The notes: a model not told the origin generated them from the letters alone. A stretch of DNA of 64,000 bases from Parcubacteria group bacterium (GCA_016217555.1 JACRHW010000017.1:5093-69092); one strand, 5' to 3'. Shown: positions 8,886-18,310, counted from the stretch's first letter. Numbers and translations: made by a program.

Positions 8886-10061
8886 CTATTTTATATTTTT
8901 TGCGATTTCTACATCTCTTATTTTGTACATTCTTTTCATTGCAATCGATTTCATTGCGCGATTTGTGGTGTAGCCTATGATGGCGAGTGCGAGGAAATAC
9001 ATCATTCCAAATAGAGTAAATGTAGGGGGTTTTTGCGCAAATAGGCTGAGAATGCTTGCCCCTACCCCCATAGAGGTTACTACGGTGAGGCTTTGTATGG
9101 AGTTGTTCGTGCTCTGTGCTTGGAGGGTTTCAAAGAGTTTTATGGCCGAGGCAACATAATTTTTAGTCATTGTCCACAAATCCTTAATATATTCTAATGT
9201 GTCGCTCAATGCCTCATAGCGGAATTGTAAGACGTTGGCAAAATGACGAAGTGATTCTTTGTTTTTAAAGATTGTTTCGCGTGTATGAATGTAGGTACCC
9301 ATTTGGTTAATGCGCGCTTCGATAAAATTGATTGTCTTATTGTAACTCTCTATTTCATTTTTGAAGGTGCCTATATCTTTTCCGCGTATTTCACCGCGTT
9401 CTTTGACCTCTGCAATTTTTTCCCAGATAAGACGATGAAGATTTAAATAACGATGTACTTGTCCTTTGAATTCGCGTATAAATATCTGCTCATTAATAAA
9501 TTGTCCTATATTTGAAAATGGTTCTGAGAGGCTGTTAATAATATAAAGAATATCTCCTCTATAGATTTCAAACGAATCTGCTTTGATTTCAAAATACTTT
9601 TTCTGATGAAAATCCTTAAGAAGTTGTTCTATATCTTCTTTTGTCGCATTGTCGAGTACCACAAAATAAGGATAAATCGTTTTTATGTTCGCCAACTCTT
9701 TTGGTACAGGTGCTCCAAGGCTAAAAATGTAGCTTAACGCGGGGGAGAGCTTTTCTTCGTAGTAGGAGGTAAGTGCCTTAATATCTTTCTCAAGTTTTGA
9801 TTCGGGGTTCTTGTTAAGGACAATCAGGCCATCTTCATAAATAGTGATTTCAATCCCTTGTTTTTCGATGAGTTTTACATATTCAAAATCTTCTATGTTC
9901 ATCTCAAGAGAGTGGATTCCGAGCGCTTTTTGAAGGGTTTTTAGTTTTTCTTTGTCCAAATCCAAAGGCGATTCCGCATCGCGAAGAAAATCATATATTT
10001 CCGAGAGGTGTAGGGTCGTTCTCTGAAACCAACCCCTAATATATATTTTTTGTATAGTCAC
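8886..10061 (-). CDS. hypothetical protein, soluble N-terminal domain + coiled coil + two C-terminal TM helices (CorA/DUF155-like architecture, no GMN motif)
   Basis: 391-aa ORF; architecture only. Confidence 0.6.
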   Translation of the reverse strand: MTIQKIYIRGWFQRTTLHLSEIYDFLRDAESPLDLDKEKLKTLQKALGIHSLEMNIEDFEYVKLIEKQGIEITIYEDGLIVLNKNPESKLEKDIKALTSYYEEKLSPALSYIFSLGAPVPKELANIKTIYPYFVVLDNATKEDIEQLLKDFHQKKYFEIKADSFEIYRGDILYIINSLSEPFSNIGQFINEQIFIREFKGQVHRYLNLHRLIWEKIAEVKERGEIRGKDIGTFKNEIESYNKTINFIEARINQMGTYIHTRETIFKNKESLRHFANVLQFRYEALSDTLEYIKDLWTMTKNYVASAIKLFETLQAQSTNNSIQSLTVVTSMGVGASILSLFAQKPPTFTLFGMMYFLALAIIGYTTNRAMKSIAMKRMYKIRDVEIAKNIK

Positions 10062-10168
10062 ACGTGTAGAGCTTTTATTATATTTACATTATACCATACT
10101 GAAAGAATGTTAATTCACAACAAATCAAAAATCTGACGATCGTCATGAATTTGATTACATAAAGATAA

Positions 10169-10210
10169 CCAAACATGAGTGGTATGATGTATCATACCAC
10201 TCATGTTTGG
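10169..10210. repeat. perfect 42-nt palindrome (20-bp arms, 2-nt centre) in divergent promoter region
   Basis: ccaaacatgagtggtatgat gt atcataccactcatgtttgg. Confidence 0.9.
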
Positions 10211-10232
10211 AGACAGGTAGGTTTTTAAAAAT

Positions 10233-10261
10233 TTGACATCATTGTTGGGGGGGGGTATTAT
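10233..10261 (+). promoter_or_regulatory. sigma70-type promoter TTGACA-17-TATTAT with G9 tract in the spacer
   Basis: TTGACA 10233-10238, spacer tcattgtt+ggggggggg (17 nt), TATTAT 10256-10261; 22 nt upstream of ATG 10284. Confidence 0.7.
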
Positions 10262-10283
10262 AAGAAAAAAGATTTAATATTTT

Positions 10284-11264
10284 ATGAAAGAAACACCTTC
10301 TCAAGAGAAACCAATAAATGTTGTTATAGATAAAAATGGTAATGCTGTTGGTACGACCGAAGATCTAAAGAGATATACAGAGCAACGAAGAAGGGAACAA
10401 GAGGCTTCAGGATTTGCGGCGCCAGAGAACAGTAGAGAAGATAGATTGAAGGAAAAAGAAATTGCGTTCGGGGCTGGGGCAGAAAAATTTAAACAATCTG
10501 CGAGTGCGCTTTGGCGTCGCTTAAAAGGTGGTGTAAAAAGCACGTTTGATATGATTAAAAAAGTTCCTGGCAAAATATATGCACACGTAGCAGTGGGGGC
10601 AGAAGATATTGGCACGCGATGGAAAGAAGAGATGAAAACAACGCAAGATGCATGGAAACAGGATAAGGAAAATCTTGGAAAGGGGCGGAGACAAATTGGG
10701 TCATTTATAAAAAAAGATTGGGAACATACAAAGGGTGATTGGGAAAACGTGAAAACGGGTGTTGTTGAGCGAGCTAACGATGCAGGTAGATTTATGGTTG
10801 AGATAAAAGATGGTTTTGTTGATGGATATAAAAACGTGCGAGACGGTGCAATAAAAGGATGTGGACGGATTTTGGAGGGTATCCGCTCTATGGTCAGCTC
10901 AAAAGCGCTCGAAGGATTAAGCGCAACCATCGATTTTTTAAACACCAAAAGGCAGGCAATAGAAAACGCACAGGGCATATTAAAAACACAAGCTGAGAAG
11001 CAGGATTTGCCAGGTAATTTTGAGAAAATTGTGGCAATGCAGACCGTGGGGGCAGTATATGACCCAAAACAAGAGGCGTTTTTGGAAGCACTTGCAGGAG
11101 GTGATAAAAAAACGTGGGAAGATTTTCGTAATAATAAAGCCTCTCAGAGCGCCAAAGATCGTGGCGATGATAATGATGGTTTGTTTTTGGGATGGGAACA
11201 AAAAGATTTTCAGGAACTTCTTAGAAGAAAAATGCGACATATAATAGATAGTCAACGTAAGTAG
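10284..11264 (+). CDS. hypothetical K/E/D-rich protein
   Basis: 326-aa ORF behind a canonical promoter; no family recognised. Confidence 0.6.
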   Translation: MKETPSQEKPINVVIDKNGNAVGTTEDLKRYTEQRRREQEASGFAAPENSREDRLKEKEIAFGAGAEKFKQSASALWRRLKGGVKSTFDMIKKVPGKIYAHVAVGAEDIGTRWKEEMKTTQDAWKQDKENLGKGRRQIGSFIKKDWEHTKGDWENVKTGVVERANDAGRFMVEIKDGFVDGYKNVRDGAIKGCGRILEGIRSMVSSKALEGLSATIDFLNTKRQAIENAQGILKTQAEKQDLPGNFEKIVAMQTVGAVYDPKQEAFLEALAGGDKKTWEDFRNNKASQSAKDRGDDNDGLFLGWEQKDFQELLRRKMRHIIDSQRK

Positions 11265-11274
11265 ATTTTAATTT

Positions 11275-11703
11275 ATGATTTCAAAAGAAGAATTAGTACA
11301 ACTCGTTATTGAATTAAAAGCAAAGAGGGTTCTTAATGAAGAAGAGGCTGATCAATACCTTGTTTTGGCACAAGGGGACGATATTATTGGAGTGGCGATG
11401 AATCTCTCTTTATTGCTCGATGAAAAATCAGTACAGGTAGATACGGAAATTCTTGATGTTACCTCAGAATTAGTAGACACTGCGAAAAAGATTGCAGAAG
11501 AATCAAAAGACGATGCAGTGATTAGTGAAGTCAATCGCCTTGAGGATGAATTTTCCGGTGTTTTAGAACAGCTTCAAAAAGATACAAAAGAGATGAGGGA
11601 TGATTATGCAAGTCTTGCTCCTGTTTTTGCAGAGGCTGAGGAGATAATAAGGGAGGGTGCTATCGAGGAGCAACGACAGAAAATTCAAGGTTCCGGTGCA
11701 TAA
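11275..11703 (+). CDS. hypothetical acidic coiled-coil protein
   Basis: 142-aa ORF 10 nt after the previous gene. Confidence 0.55.
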   Translation: MISKEELVQLVIELKAKRVLNEEEADQYLVLAQGDDIIGVAMNLSLLLDEKSVQVDTEILDVTSELVDTAKKIAEESKDDAVISEVNRLEDEFSGVLEQLQKDTKEMRDDYASLAPVFAEAEEIIREGAIEEQRQKIQGSGA

Positions 11704-11731
11704 TAACTATATTGTCGTAACTATTCTGTTG

Positions 11732-11759
11732 CAAACCTCAACAATGAGGTTTGTTTTTT
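11732..11759 (+). terminator. rho-independent terminator
   Basis: caaacctca-acaa-tgaggtttg + T6. Confidence 0.8.
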
Positions 11760-11769
11760 GATTTCCGAA

Positions 11770-11823
11770 TTATGGGAATTCAACTTCCATAGTTTTTGAG
11801 TTTTTGGAGGAGTGTGGTAGATT
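11770..11823 (+). promoter_or_regulatory. conserved hairpin + promoter module, copy 2 (-35 TTGAGT 11796-11801, TGnTAGATT extended -10 ending 11823)
   Basis: near-identical to 8350-8404; sits 13 nt upstream of glyA ATG. Confidence 0.5.
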
Positions 11824-11836
11824 TAAAAAATAAAAT

Positions 11837-13048
11837 ATGCGAGATACACAAATAGAGAATCTAATTAAAAAGGAGACACAGCGACAAAACGAAACGTTGG
11901 ATTTAATTCCCTCTGAGAATTTTGTTTCATCAGAGGTGCTTAAGGCGCTTGGCTCAGTACTTACTAATAAATATGCTGAAGGGTATTCTGGGAAGCGGTA
12001 CTATGGTGGAAATGAGTATGTCGATCAGATAGAAACATTATGTATTGATCGCGCACTCAAGGTGTTCAAGCTCTCACCTAAAAAATGGCATGTGAACGTG
12101 CAACCCTACTCTGGTTCTCCTGCAAACTTGGCAGTGTATGCTGGTCTTGTTCCACTTGGAGAAAAGATAATGGGGATGCAACTTGATATGGGAGGGCATC
12201 TTACCCATGGGCATAAGGTAAGTTTTACGGGGAGTGCGTGGAAACAGATTCCTTATGGCGTAGATCAGAAGACTGAGGTGTTGGATTATCATGCGCTCAT
12301 GGTGCTTGCCGAAGCGGAGAAGCCAAAGCTTATTGTTGTTGGATATACGGCGTATCCCCGAAAAATAGATTTTGCAAAATTTAGAGCGATTGCAGATAAA
12401 ATTGGTGCTTATCTCATGGTGGATATGTCGCACTTCTCAGGGCTTGTTGCTGGTGGCGCACTACCGAGTCCATTTAAGTATGCAGATGTAGTAACCACTA
12501 CAACACACAAGACATTGCGTGGGCCACGAGGGGCGATGATTTTTTGTAAAGCTGATCTTGCGAGGTCTATTGATCGTGCAGTGTTCCCTGGCCTTCAGGG
12601 GGGGCCTCATGTAAATCAGATTGCGGCTACTGCAGTTGCATTACTCGAAGCTGGTCAGCCAACTTTTAAATCTTATGCAAAGCAGGTGATTCTTAACGCG
12701 AAGGCACTTTCAAATGAGCTAAAGAAAATGGGTTGGAGAATTGTTTCGGGGGGGACGGATACGCATTTATTATTAGTAGATACTTTTGCACGAGGGATCC
12801 CTGGCAAGGAGGCGAGCGACTTACTACAAGAAAATGGTATAATAGTAAATAAGAACACCATTCCCTTTGATGCACGTTCTCCTATGGATCCTTCGGGGAT
12901 TCGCTTGGGAACTCCAGCGCTTACGACGCGAGGTATGAAGGAAAAAGAGATGGTGCTTATTGCACAGATGATTCACGAGGTGCTTTTAGAGAAAAAGAAC
13001 GTGTTGGCTCAAATCAAAATTCTCTGCAGAAGATTTCCAATAAAATAA
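11837..13048 (+). CDS. glyA: serine hydroxymethyltransferase
   Basis: full-length SHMT-like sequence; GGHLTHGH and PLP-lysine motif TTTTHKTLRGPRG. Confidence 0.97.
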   Translation: MRDTQIENLIKKETQRQNETLDLIPSENFVSSEVLKALGSVLTNKYAEGYSGKRYYGGNEYVDQIETLCIDRALKVFKLSPKKWHVNVQPYSGSPANLAVYAGLVPLGEKIMGMQLDMGGHLTHGHKVSFTGSAWKQIPYGVDQKTEVLDYHALMVLAEAEKPKLIVVGYTAYPRKIDFAKFRAIADKIGAYLMVDMSHFSGLVAGGALPSPFKYADVVTTTTHKTLRGPRGAMIFCKADLARSIDRAVFPGLQGGPHVNQIAATAVALLEAGQPTFKSYAKQVILNAKALSNELKKMGWRIVSGGTDTHLLLVDTFARGIPGKEASDLLQENGIIVNKNTIPFDARSPMDPSGIRLGTPALTTRGMKEKEMVLIAQMIHEVLLEKKNVLAQIKILCRRFPIK

Positions 13049-13055
13049 TAGCTTA

Positions 13056-13172
13056 AGAAATCAAAACGCAAAACGCAAAATTACAGCTCAAAACTAAAAA
13101 CTATCTTACTATTTTTTAAGTTTTAATTTTTTTGGTTGTAGTTTTGCCTTTTGACTTTTAAGTTTTGAATTT
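13056..13172. repeat. 'caaaa-word' long palindromic intergenic element, copy A1
   Basis: arms built of caaaac/caaaat words (aaatcaaaacgcaaaacgcaaaa ... ttttgccttttgacttttaagttttga); related to 14887-14986 and 37034-37135. Confidence 0.8.
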
Positions 13173-13231
13173 CTACTGTGCTTAACTACAACTTTAATTC
13201 ACGGTTTCGTTTTGTGAAAGCGTCTACGATT

Positions 13232-14878
13232 ATGGATTTTAAAACCCAGCTTAGTTATGTCGTGCAAGGCGAAGTTGATGATACACAAGAAACGTGTGAG
13301 AAGTATAGTCACGACGCAAGCATATTCGAGGTAGTACCCCATACAATAGTATATCCAAAAGACAGTGTTGATATCACGCGTCTTGTTGCTTTTGTGAACC
13401 AATCTTCTCACGAGGCGCTTTCTTTGACTCCGCGTTCGGGGGGGACTGATATGGGGGGCGGGTCAATTAATGAGTCTATTATTATTGATATGACACGCCA
13501 TATCAATCGTTTAAAGCGAATAGAGAAAGGCATTGATGAAGGAAATGCGATTGTTGAGCCAGGAATGTTTTATCGTGATTTTGATAAGGAGACGCAGAAA
13601 CAGGATCTTTTTATGCCCTCATATCCTGCATCGCGTGAGATTTGCACGGTGGGGGGTATGGTGGCAAATAATTCAGGAGGCGAAAAGACGCTTGTGTATG
13701 GGCAGACAATTCGTTATGTGAATTCCTTGAAGGTAGTACTTCAGGATGGAAATGAATATGCCTTTCGTGCTGTAAATAAAGACGAGCTTGAGGGAAAGAT
13801 GCAGCTGCATACATTTGAGGGTAAGATCTATCGAGATGTATACGAACTTCTTAAAAAGAACGACGACATGATCAAGGCGGCTCGTCCGGCGGTTACTAAA
13901 AATTCTGCGGGGTATCAGATATGGGATGTATGGGATAAGGAGAAGGGCGTGTTTGATCTTACAAAACTTTTTGTAGGGTCTCAGGGGACGCTTGGTATTA
14001 TTACCGAGATTGGGTTTCGATTGGTGGCACCAAAGAAGCACTCGACGCTTCTTGTTATATTTTTGAAGAATCTCAACGAACTTCCAGAAATTATTAAGCG
14101 AGTGCTCGAGCATCATCCTGAAAGTTTTGAATCGTATGACGATCATACCCTTGGGCTTGCGATTAAGTTTTTTCCCGATGTGATGAAATTTTTTAAGGCA
14201 GGTATTTTTAGGATTGCGTTTCAGTTTCTCCCCGAAGCGTGGATGTTTTTGACAGGGGGCATGCCAAAGCTTGTGTTGATGGCAGAGTTTACGGGAGAAA
14301 CTTCGGAAGAGGTTCAAAGGAAAGCGGCCGAAGCGATAAAGAGTCTCAAGGGACTACATCTTAAGGCGCGTGTTACAAAATCGGAGGAGGAGGCGCAAAA
14401 ATATTGGGTAATTCGAAGAGAGAGCTTTAGTCTTTTGCGTAAACATATTCAAGGTAAGCACACTGCACCTTTTATTGATGACATGGTGGTGCATCCGAAG
14501 GATCTTCCCGAGTTTCTTCCTAAGCTTGAGGCGATTTTAAAACCTTACAACCTTACGTATACCATTGCGGGCCACGCAGGCGACGCAAATTTTCATATTA
14601 TCCCTCTCATGGATTTTTGTGATCCTCATATGCGTGAAATTGTGACCGAACTTTCAAAAAAGGTGTATGATCTTGTCTTTGCATTTAAGGGTTCTATGAC
14701 GGGGGAGCATAATGACGGCATGGTGCGTGGACCATTTTTACGCGATATGTATGGAGATCGAATTTATGCGATTTTCCAAGAAATCAAAACCATTTTTGAC
14801 CCTAAGAATATTTTTAATCCCCATAAAAAAACAGACGCCACCCTTGAATACTCGATGCAACATTTGAGGAAAGATTAA
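13232..14878 (+). CDS. FAD-linked oxidase (GlcD / D-lactate dehydrogenase family)
   Basis: FAD-binding PCMH-type N-terminal region (PRSGGTDMGGGS), C-terminal GEHNDG motif; ATG 13232 preferred over the repeat-derived upstream start. Confidence 0.85.
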   Translation: MDFKTQLSYVVQGEVDDTQETCEKYSHDASIFEVVPHTIVYPKDSVDITRLVAFVNQSSHEALSLTPRSGGTDMGGGSINESIIIDMTRHINRLKRIEKGIDEGNAIVEPGMFYRDFDKETQKQDLFMPSYPASREICTVGGMVANNSGGEKTLVYGQTIRYVNSLKVVLQDGNEYAFRAVNKDELEGKMQLHTFEGKIYRDVYELLKKNDDMIKAARPAVTKNSAGYQIWDVWDKEKGVFDLTKLFVGSQGTLGIITEIGFRLVAPKKHSTLLVIFLKNLNELPEIIKRVLEHHPESFESYDDHTLGLAIKFFPDVMKFFKAGIFRIAFQFLPEAWMFLTGGMPKLVLMAEFTGETSEEVQRKAAEAIKSLKGLHLKARVTKSEEEAQKYWVIRRESFSLLRKHIQGKHTAPFIDDMVVHPKDLPEFLPKLEAILKPYNLTYTIAGHAGDANFHIIPLMDFCDPHMREIVTELSKKVYDLVFAFKGSMTGEHNDGMVRGPFLRDMYGDRIYAIFQEIKTIFDPKNIFNPHKKTDATLEYSMQHLRKD

Positions 14879-14886
14879 CCTCGGTA

Positions 14887-14986
14887 AAATAAAAACTCAA
14901 AACGCAAAAGTCAAAACTACAACTAAAAACGTAAAACTTTTGATTTTTGAGTTGAAGTTTTGTGTTTTGACCTTTACGTTTTGAAT
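14887..14986. repeat. 'caaaa-word' palindromic element, copy A2
   Basis: aaaactcaaaacgcaaaagtcaaaactacaactaaaaac ... tttttgagttgaagttttgtgttttgac. Confidence 0.8.
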
Positions 14987-14993
14987 TTATACT

Positions 14994-15248
14994 ATGTATC
15001 GTTCCTTTAAGGACATTGCTTTAAAAAAATATGGGCGTATTCTCTCGAGAAACGTAGTAACAAAGATGTGTAATCAGCTTATTTTTGATATTGTGGGGGA
15101 TGATGCGCGTATTGAACGTCATTTTGGAAATACGGTCGTAGTAAAATGCAACAATGCTTCAGCCGCCGCGTTTTTGAGGGCACGAGAGCAGGGGATATTA
15201 GGCGCAGTAAAGAAGTTGGGAATCACAACAATACATTACAGGACGTAA
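14994..15248 (+). CDS. small protein, DUF721-like
   Basis: 84 aa; IVGDDARIERHFGNTVVVKCNNASAAAFL pattern resembles DUF721; weak. Confidence 0.4.
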   Translation: MYRSFKDIALKKYGRILSRNVVTKMCNQLIFDIVGDDARIERHFGNTVVVKCNNASAAAFLRAREQGILGAVKKLGITTIHYRT

Positions 15249-15384
15249 CATCTTATAGTATTATTCCTCACGTCCTTCTGTGCAACTCCCACCTTCGTTA
15301 TGTCGTTTATATGTATTGAGATTCTATTTGTTCACAGTGTAAAAATAAAACTCTCTGGGCGTTGCTAGAGAGTTGTTGACTTTT

Positions 15385-15636
15385 CTATTCGTTGAATGCG
15401 GCCATCATTGCGGCAGCTCCAGGGATGATGAGAACCGTCGCGGAGATAAAACCGGCAATACTTGCGCCAAAGATTTTCGCAAGTCCGATTGCAACACTCA
15501 GTGCTTCGACACCACCAGGTGCCTTGACTGCTTCGATGAGCTGTACGATTCCACCAATGAAACAAAGCCATACTCCTACATAGAGACCAAGAGCGATACC
15601 GCCCAAAAGCATAAGAAGTCCAAGCACTAGTTTCAT
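15385..15636 (-). CDS. small hydrophobic membrane protein
   Basis: 83 aa, three G/A-rich TM segments; the overlapping + strand ORFs look like mirror artefacts. Confidence 0.5.
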   Translation of the reverse strand: MKLVLGLLMLLGGIALGLYVGVWLCFIGGIVQLIEAVKAPGGVEALSVAIGLAKIFGASIAGFISATVLIIPGAAAMMAAFNE

Positions 15637-15767
15637 AACTGCACCCTCCTGTTTGTTTTTTGTCGCTGATAGGATTACTCCTACCTAAGGGTAATTTAGA
15701 ACATTATTATTATTATGTCAATAGTTCCTATTTGGTTGGTTTGGGTTATCATGTTTGAGTATTGAGT

Positions 15768-16613
15768 ATGAAAAATGCGTATCAGAACAATAAAATAGAG
15801 GGCAAAGGAATCGCGCGGGAGATTATTGAGGAGCTAAAGAAGCGTGAGGCGCCAGAGAAGTTTTTGGCTGCGTTTTTGGTGGGCGAGGATCCTGCTTCAT
15901 TGAGTTTTTTGAAGAAAAAGGAGGAGGTGGCCGATGAGCTTGGGATAGAGTTTCGTTTGTATCAATTGGTTCCTTCTGCGGGGGTGGTTCAGGTACGCGA
16001 AGAAATTATGCGCGTGCAGGAAGAGGAGGATTGTGGTGGGGTTTTGGTACAGCTTCCTCTTGCAACGCATTTAGGCGCTCATGACATTTTAAATGCAATT
16101 GATGTTACAAAAGATGTCGATGTTTTGGGGGAGTCGGCGCGTGGGCTATTTTATAACGGTGATAGTTTAATTCTCCCTCCAGCCGTGTCTGTTGTAGAAG
16201 GAATTTGCATGCGTCAAAATAGAGAACTTGCAAAAGCTCGCGTGGTGGTCTTGGGGGTTGGGTTTTTGATTGGAAAACCGATTGCAACTTGGCTTATGGG
16301 GAGGGTAAAGGAGCTTACTGTGCTTACTCGCAAAAGTGATTTGCTTGATCCTGCGTGTGGACTTCACTCAGCTGATCTGGTAATTACTGGCACAGGAAGT
16401 TCTGGTGTTATTCAACCAAGCATGCTTAAAGAAGGTGCGGGCGTCATAGATTTTGGAACAAGTTTTGTGGAGAAAAAACTTAAAGGAGATTTAGATACTT
16501 CCTATAATGAGGTTTCAAAATTATCATTTTATACTCCCACACCAGGAGGGACGGGGCCAATATTAGTCGCGAAACTTTTCGAAAACTTTTATAAGTTAAA
16601 TGAAAAATACTAA
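15768..16613 (+). CDS. folD: bifunctional methylene-THF dehydrogenase / methenyl-THF cyclohydrolase
   Basis: full-length FolD similarity, C-terminal TPTPGGTGP motif. Confidence 0.92.
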   Translation: MKNAYQNNKIEGKGIAREIIEELKKREAPEKFLAAFLVGEDPASLSFLKKKEEVADELGIEFRLYQLVPSAGVVQVREEIMRVQEEEDCGGVLVQLPLATHLGAHDILNAIDVTKDVDVLGESARGLFYNGDSLILPPAVSVVEGICMRQNRELAKARVVVLGVGFLIGKPIATWLMGRVKELTVLTRKSDLLDPACGLHSADLVITGTGSSGVIQPSMLKEGAGVIDFGTSFVEKKLKGDLDTSYNEVSKLSFYTPTPGGTGPILVAKLFENFYKLNEKY

Positions 16614-16712
16614 TATACGAATCCATACAAATGATACGAATGGTTACGAATACGTACGATATTCGTATTGATTTGTAGTATTAGTATCATTCGTATATTG
16701 GTATGGTTAATT
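16614..16712. repeat. 'tacgaat-word' palindromic intergenic element
   Basis: tatacgaatccatacaaatgatacgaatgg ... cattcgtata; fills the whole folD-tatD gap. Confidence 0.75.
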
Positions 16713-17540
16713 ATGTTGTTTGATTCTCATACTCATCTACAATTTGCGGGATATGATGAAGACCGCGATGCGGTGATTGCTCGTGCAAAAGCAGTGGGTG
16801 TTTCTATGGTTAATGTGGGGACTGATGTACAGAGCTCTCTTTTTGCTCTTGAGCTGGCGAAACAGTATAAGTTTGATGGCATGTATGCAACGCTTGGCTT
16901 TCATCCCACCAACATAGAGAGACGTCACGATATTCAGGAGAAGAAGGAGGCGTATTATGAGGAGTTTGATAAAAAGCGATTTTTTGAGCTCGCAAAAGAT
17001 GACGGATTTTCCATGATTGGGGAGTGTGGACTAGATTATTTTCACATAGAAGACGAAGCGCTACGAAACAGGGAGAAGGAGATATTTTTAGATCAATTTG
17101 AGGTTGCTGTTACCTACAAAAAACCTCTTATGATTCACTGTAGGCCTAGAGTTGGCAATGATGCTTATGATGATCTTTACAAGCTTTTAAAATTAGAGGT
17201 TGGTGGATTGCCCGCGAATCCTGGAATTCTTCATTTTTTCGTGGGGGATAATGAGATAGCTAAAAAGTTTCTTGATCTTGGATTTTATCTTAGTTTTGGT
17301 GGTGCAATTACGTTTAAGAATGCAGAAGTTAATAGGGAGCGTGTGCGGTATGTGCCCCTTGATCGTATTGTGCTTGAGACGGATGCGCCCTATGTGACTC
17401 CAGAGCCTTACCGGGGAAAGCGAAACGAGCCCTTGTATGTAAAATATGTGGCAGAGATATTAGCCGGGATTAAGGGTCTCCCGCTTTCTAAGATTGAGAC
17501 GCAGACGTTTCAGAATACTAAGACTGTTTTGGGGATTTAA
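16713..17540 (+). CDS. tatD: TatD-family metal-dependent hydrolase
   Basis: MLFDSHTHL start, GECGLDY, ETDAPY motifs. Confidence 0.9.
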   Translation: MLFDSHTHLQFAGYDEDRDAVIARAKAVGVSMVNVGTDVQSSLFALELAKQYKFDGMYATLGFHPTNIERRHDIQEKKEAYYEEFDKKRFFELAKDDGFSMIGECGLDYFHIEDEALRNREKEIFLDQFEVAVTYKKPLMIHCRPRVGNDAYDDLYKLLKLEVGGLPANPGILHFFVGDNEIAKKFLDLGFYLSFGGAITFKNAEVNRERVRYVPLDRIVLETDAPYVTPEPYRGKRNEPLYVKYVAEILAGIKGLPLSKIETQTFQNTKTVLGI

Positions 17541-17601
17541 GAAAACATTGCATATTTTTTATAGTTGTGGCATAGGATAGTTAGTATATCTTGAAAATGG
17601 G

Positions 17602-18273
17602 GTGTTTCTAGTGAAGAAGATTTCTAGGGGCGTTAGGGATGCTGTGTTTTATGGTGCGTGGATTCTTTTTATGTTTTTATTGCTTGGAAACTGGAATCTT
17701 TTTTATGGTGTGAGTAGGGCCTCATTTTTTCTCTTGAGTTATGTACGTACTGTGCATGTGGCTCGAGTGTCGTGTGGTGAACTCACCGTTGATATCTATC
17801 GCGAGAAGGATATTGGACTTCGGCACGAAGACGCGTTGCAAACCACGGTTGTGGATGCATATAATGAACTACCTCGGTATCTCAAAATCTACTATTCATA
17901 TTTTTCAGATTCGGAAGAACCAATGTTTAAACGAGTACCGAGTCGGGTTAAGATCGTTATCTTGAGTGAGGCTACGTATGCTCTTTATGATCAGACGCTT
18001 GCGATAGATGGAAAAGCACACAATGAGAAGAAGAAACACCAAAAACAAACCATTAATACAGATATAATAACTCTGGGAATGCATTCTGGACCCCTGAAGA
18101 CTATTTACGTAAGGGGTAGTGGTAATGAATTTGATGCTATCGAAATGGAAAACGAACGAACGGTGCGCCACGAACTCTTTCATCATTTTTATTATGCCTA
18201 TGATCTTGGTGCGGTGATCAATGAGTGGGACGCCTATGAATTTGGTGATGAGGCGCGGGTTGAGAGGCGTTAG
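17602..18273 (+). CDS. membrane-anchored hypothetical protein with C-terminal HExxH (paralog 1)
   Basis: N-terminal TM; TVRHELFHH motif shared with the next gene. Confidence 0.6.
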   Translation: MFLVKKISRGVRDAVFYGAWILFMFLLLGNWNLFYGVSRASFFLLSYVRTVHVARVSCGELTVDIYREKDIGLRHEDALQTTVVDAYNELPRYLKIYYSYFSDSEEPMFKRVPSRVKIVILSEATYALYDQTLAIDGKAHNEKKKHQKQTINTDIITLGMHSGPLKTIYVRGSGNEFDAIEMENERTVRHELFHHFYYAYDLGAVINEWDAYEFGDEARVERR

Positions 18274-18286
18274 CTATAAAGCGGAT

Positions 18287-18310
18287 GCTCTACACAGGTA
18301 GAGCTTTTTT
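18287..18310 (+). terminator. rho-independent terminator
   Basis: gctctac-acag-gtagagc + T6. Confidence 0.75.

Noticed and set aside
10301-10978. 225-aa minus-strand ORF
   Set aside because: It is antisense to the 10284-11264 gene, which has a canonical promoter and start context. The minus-strand translation is Ser/Phe/Pro-rich with no start context.
11704-11836. Leaders of glyA, folD and guaB checked for ZTP/THF/purine riboswitch-like sequences
   Set aside because: No conserved riboswitch cores are recognisable. The regions are explained by terminators, the hairpin-promoter cassette and word palindromes.
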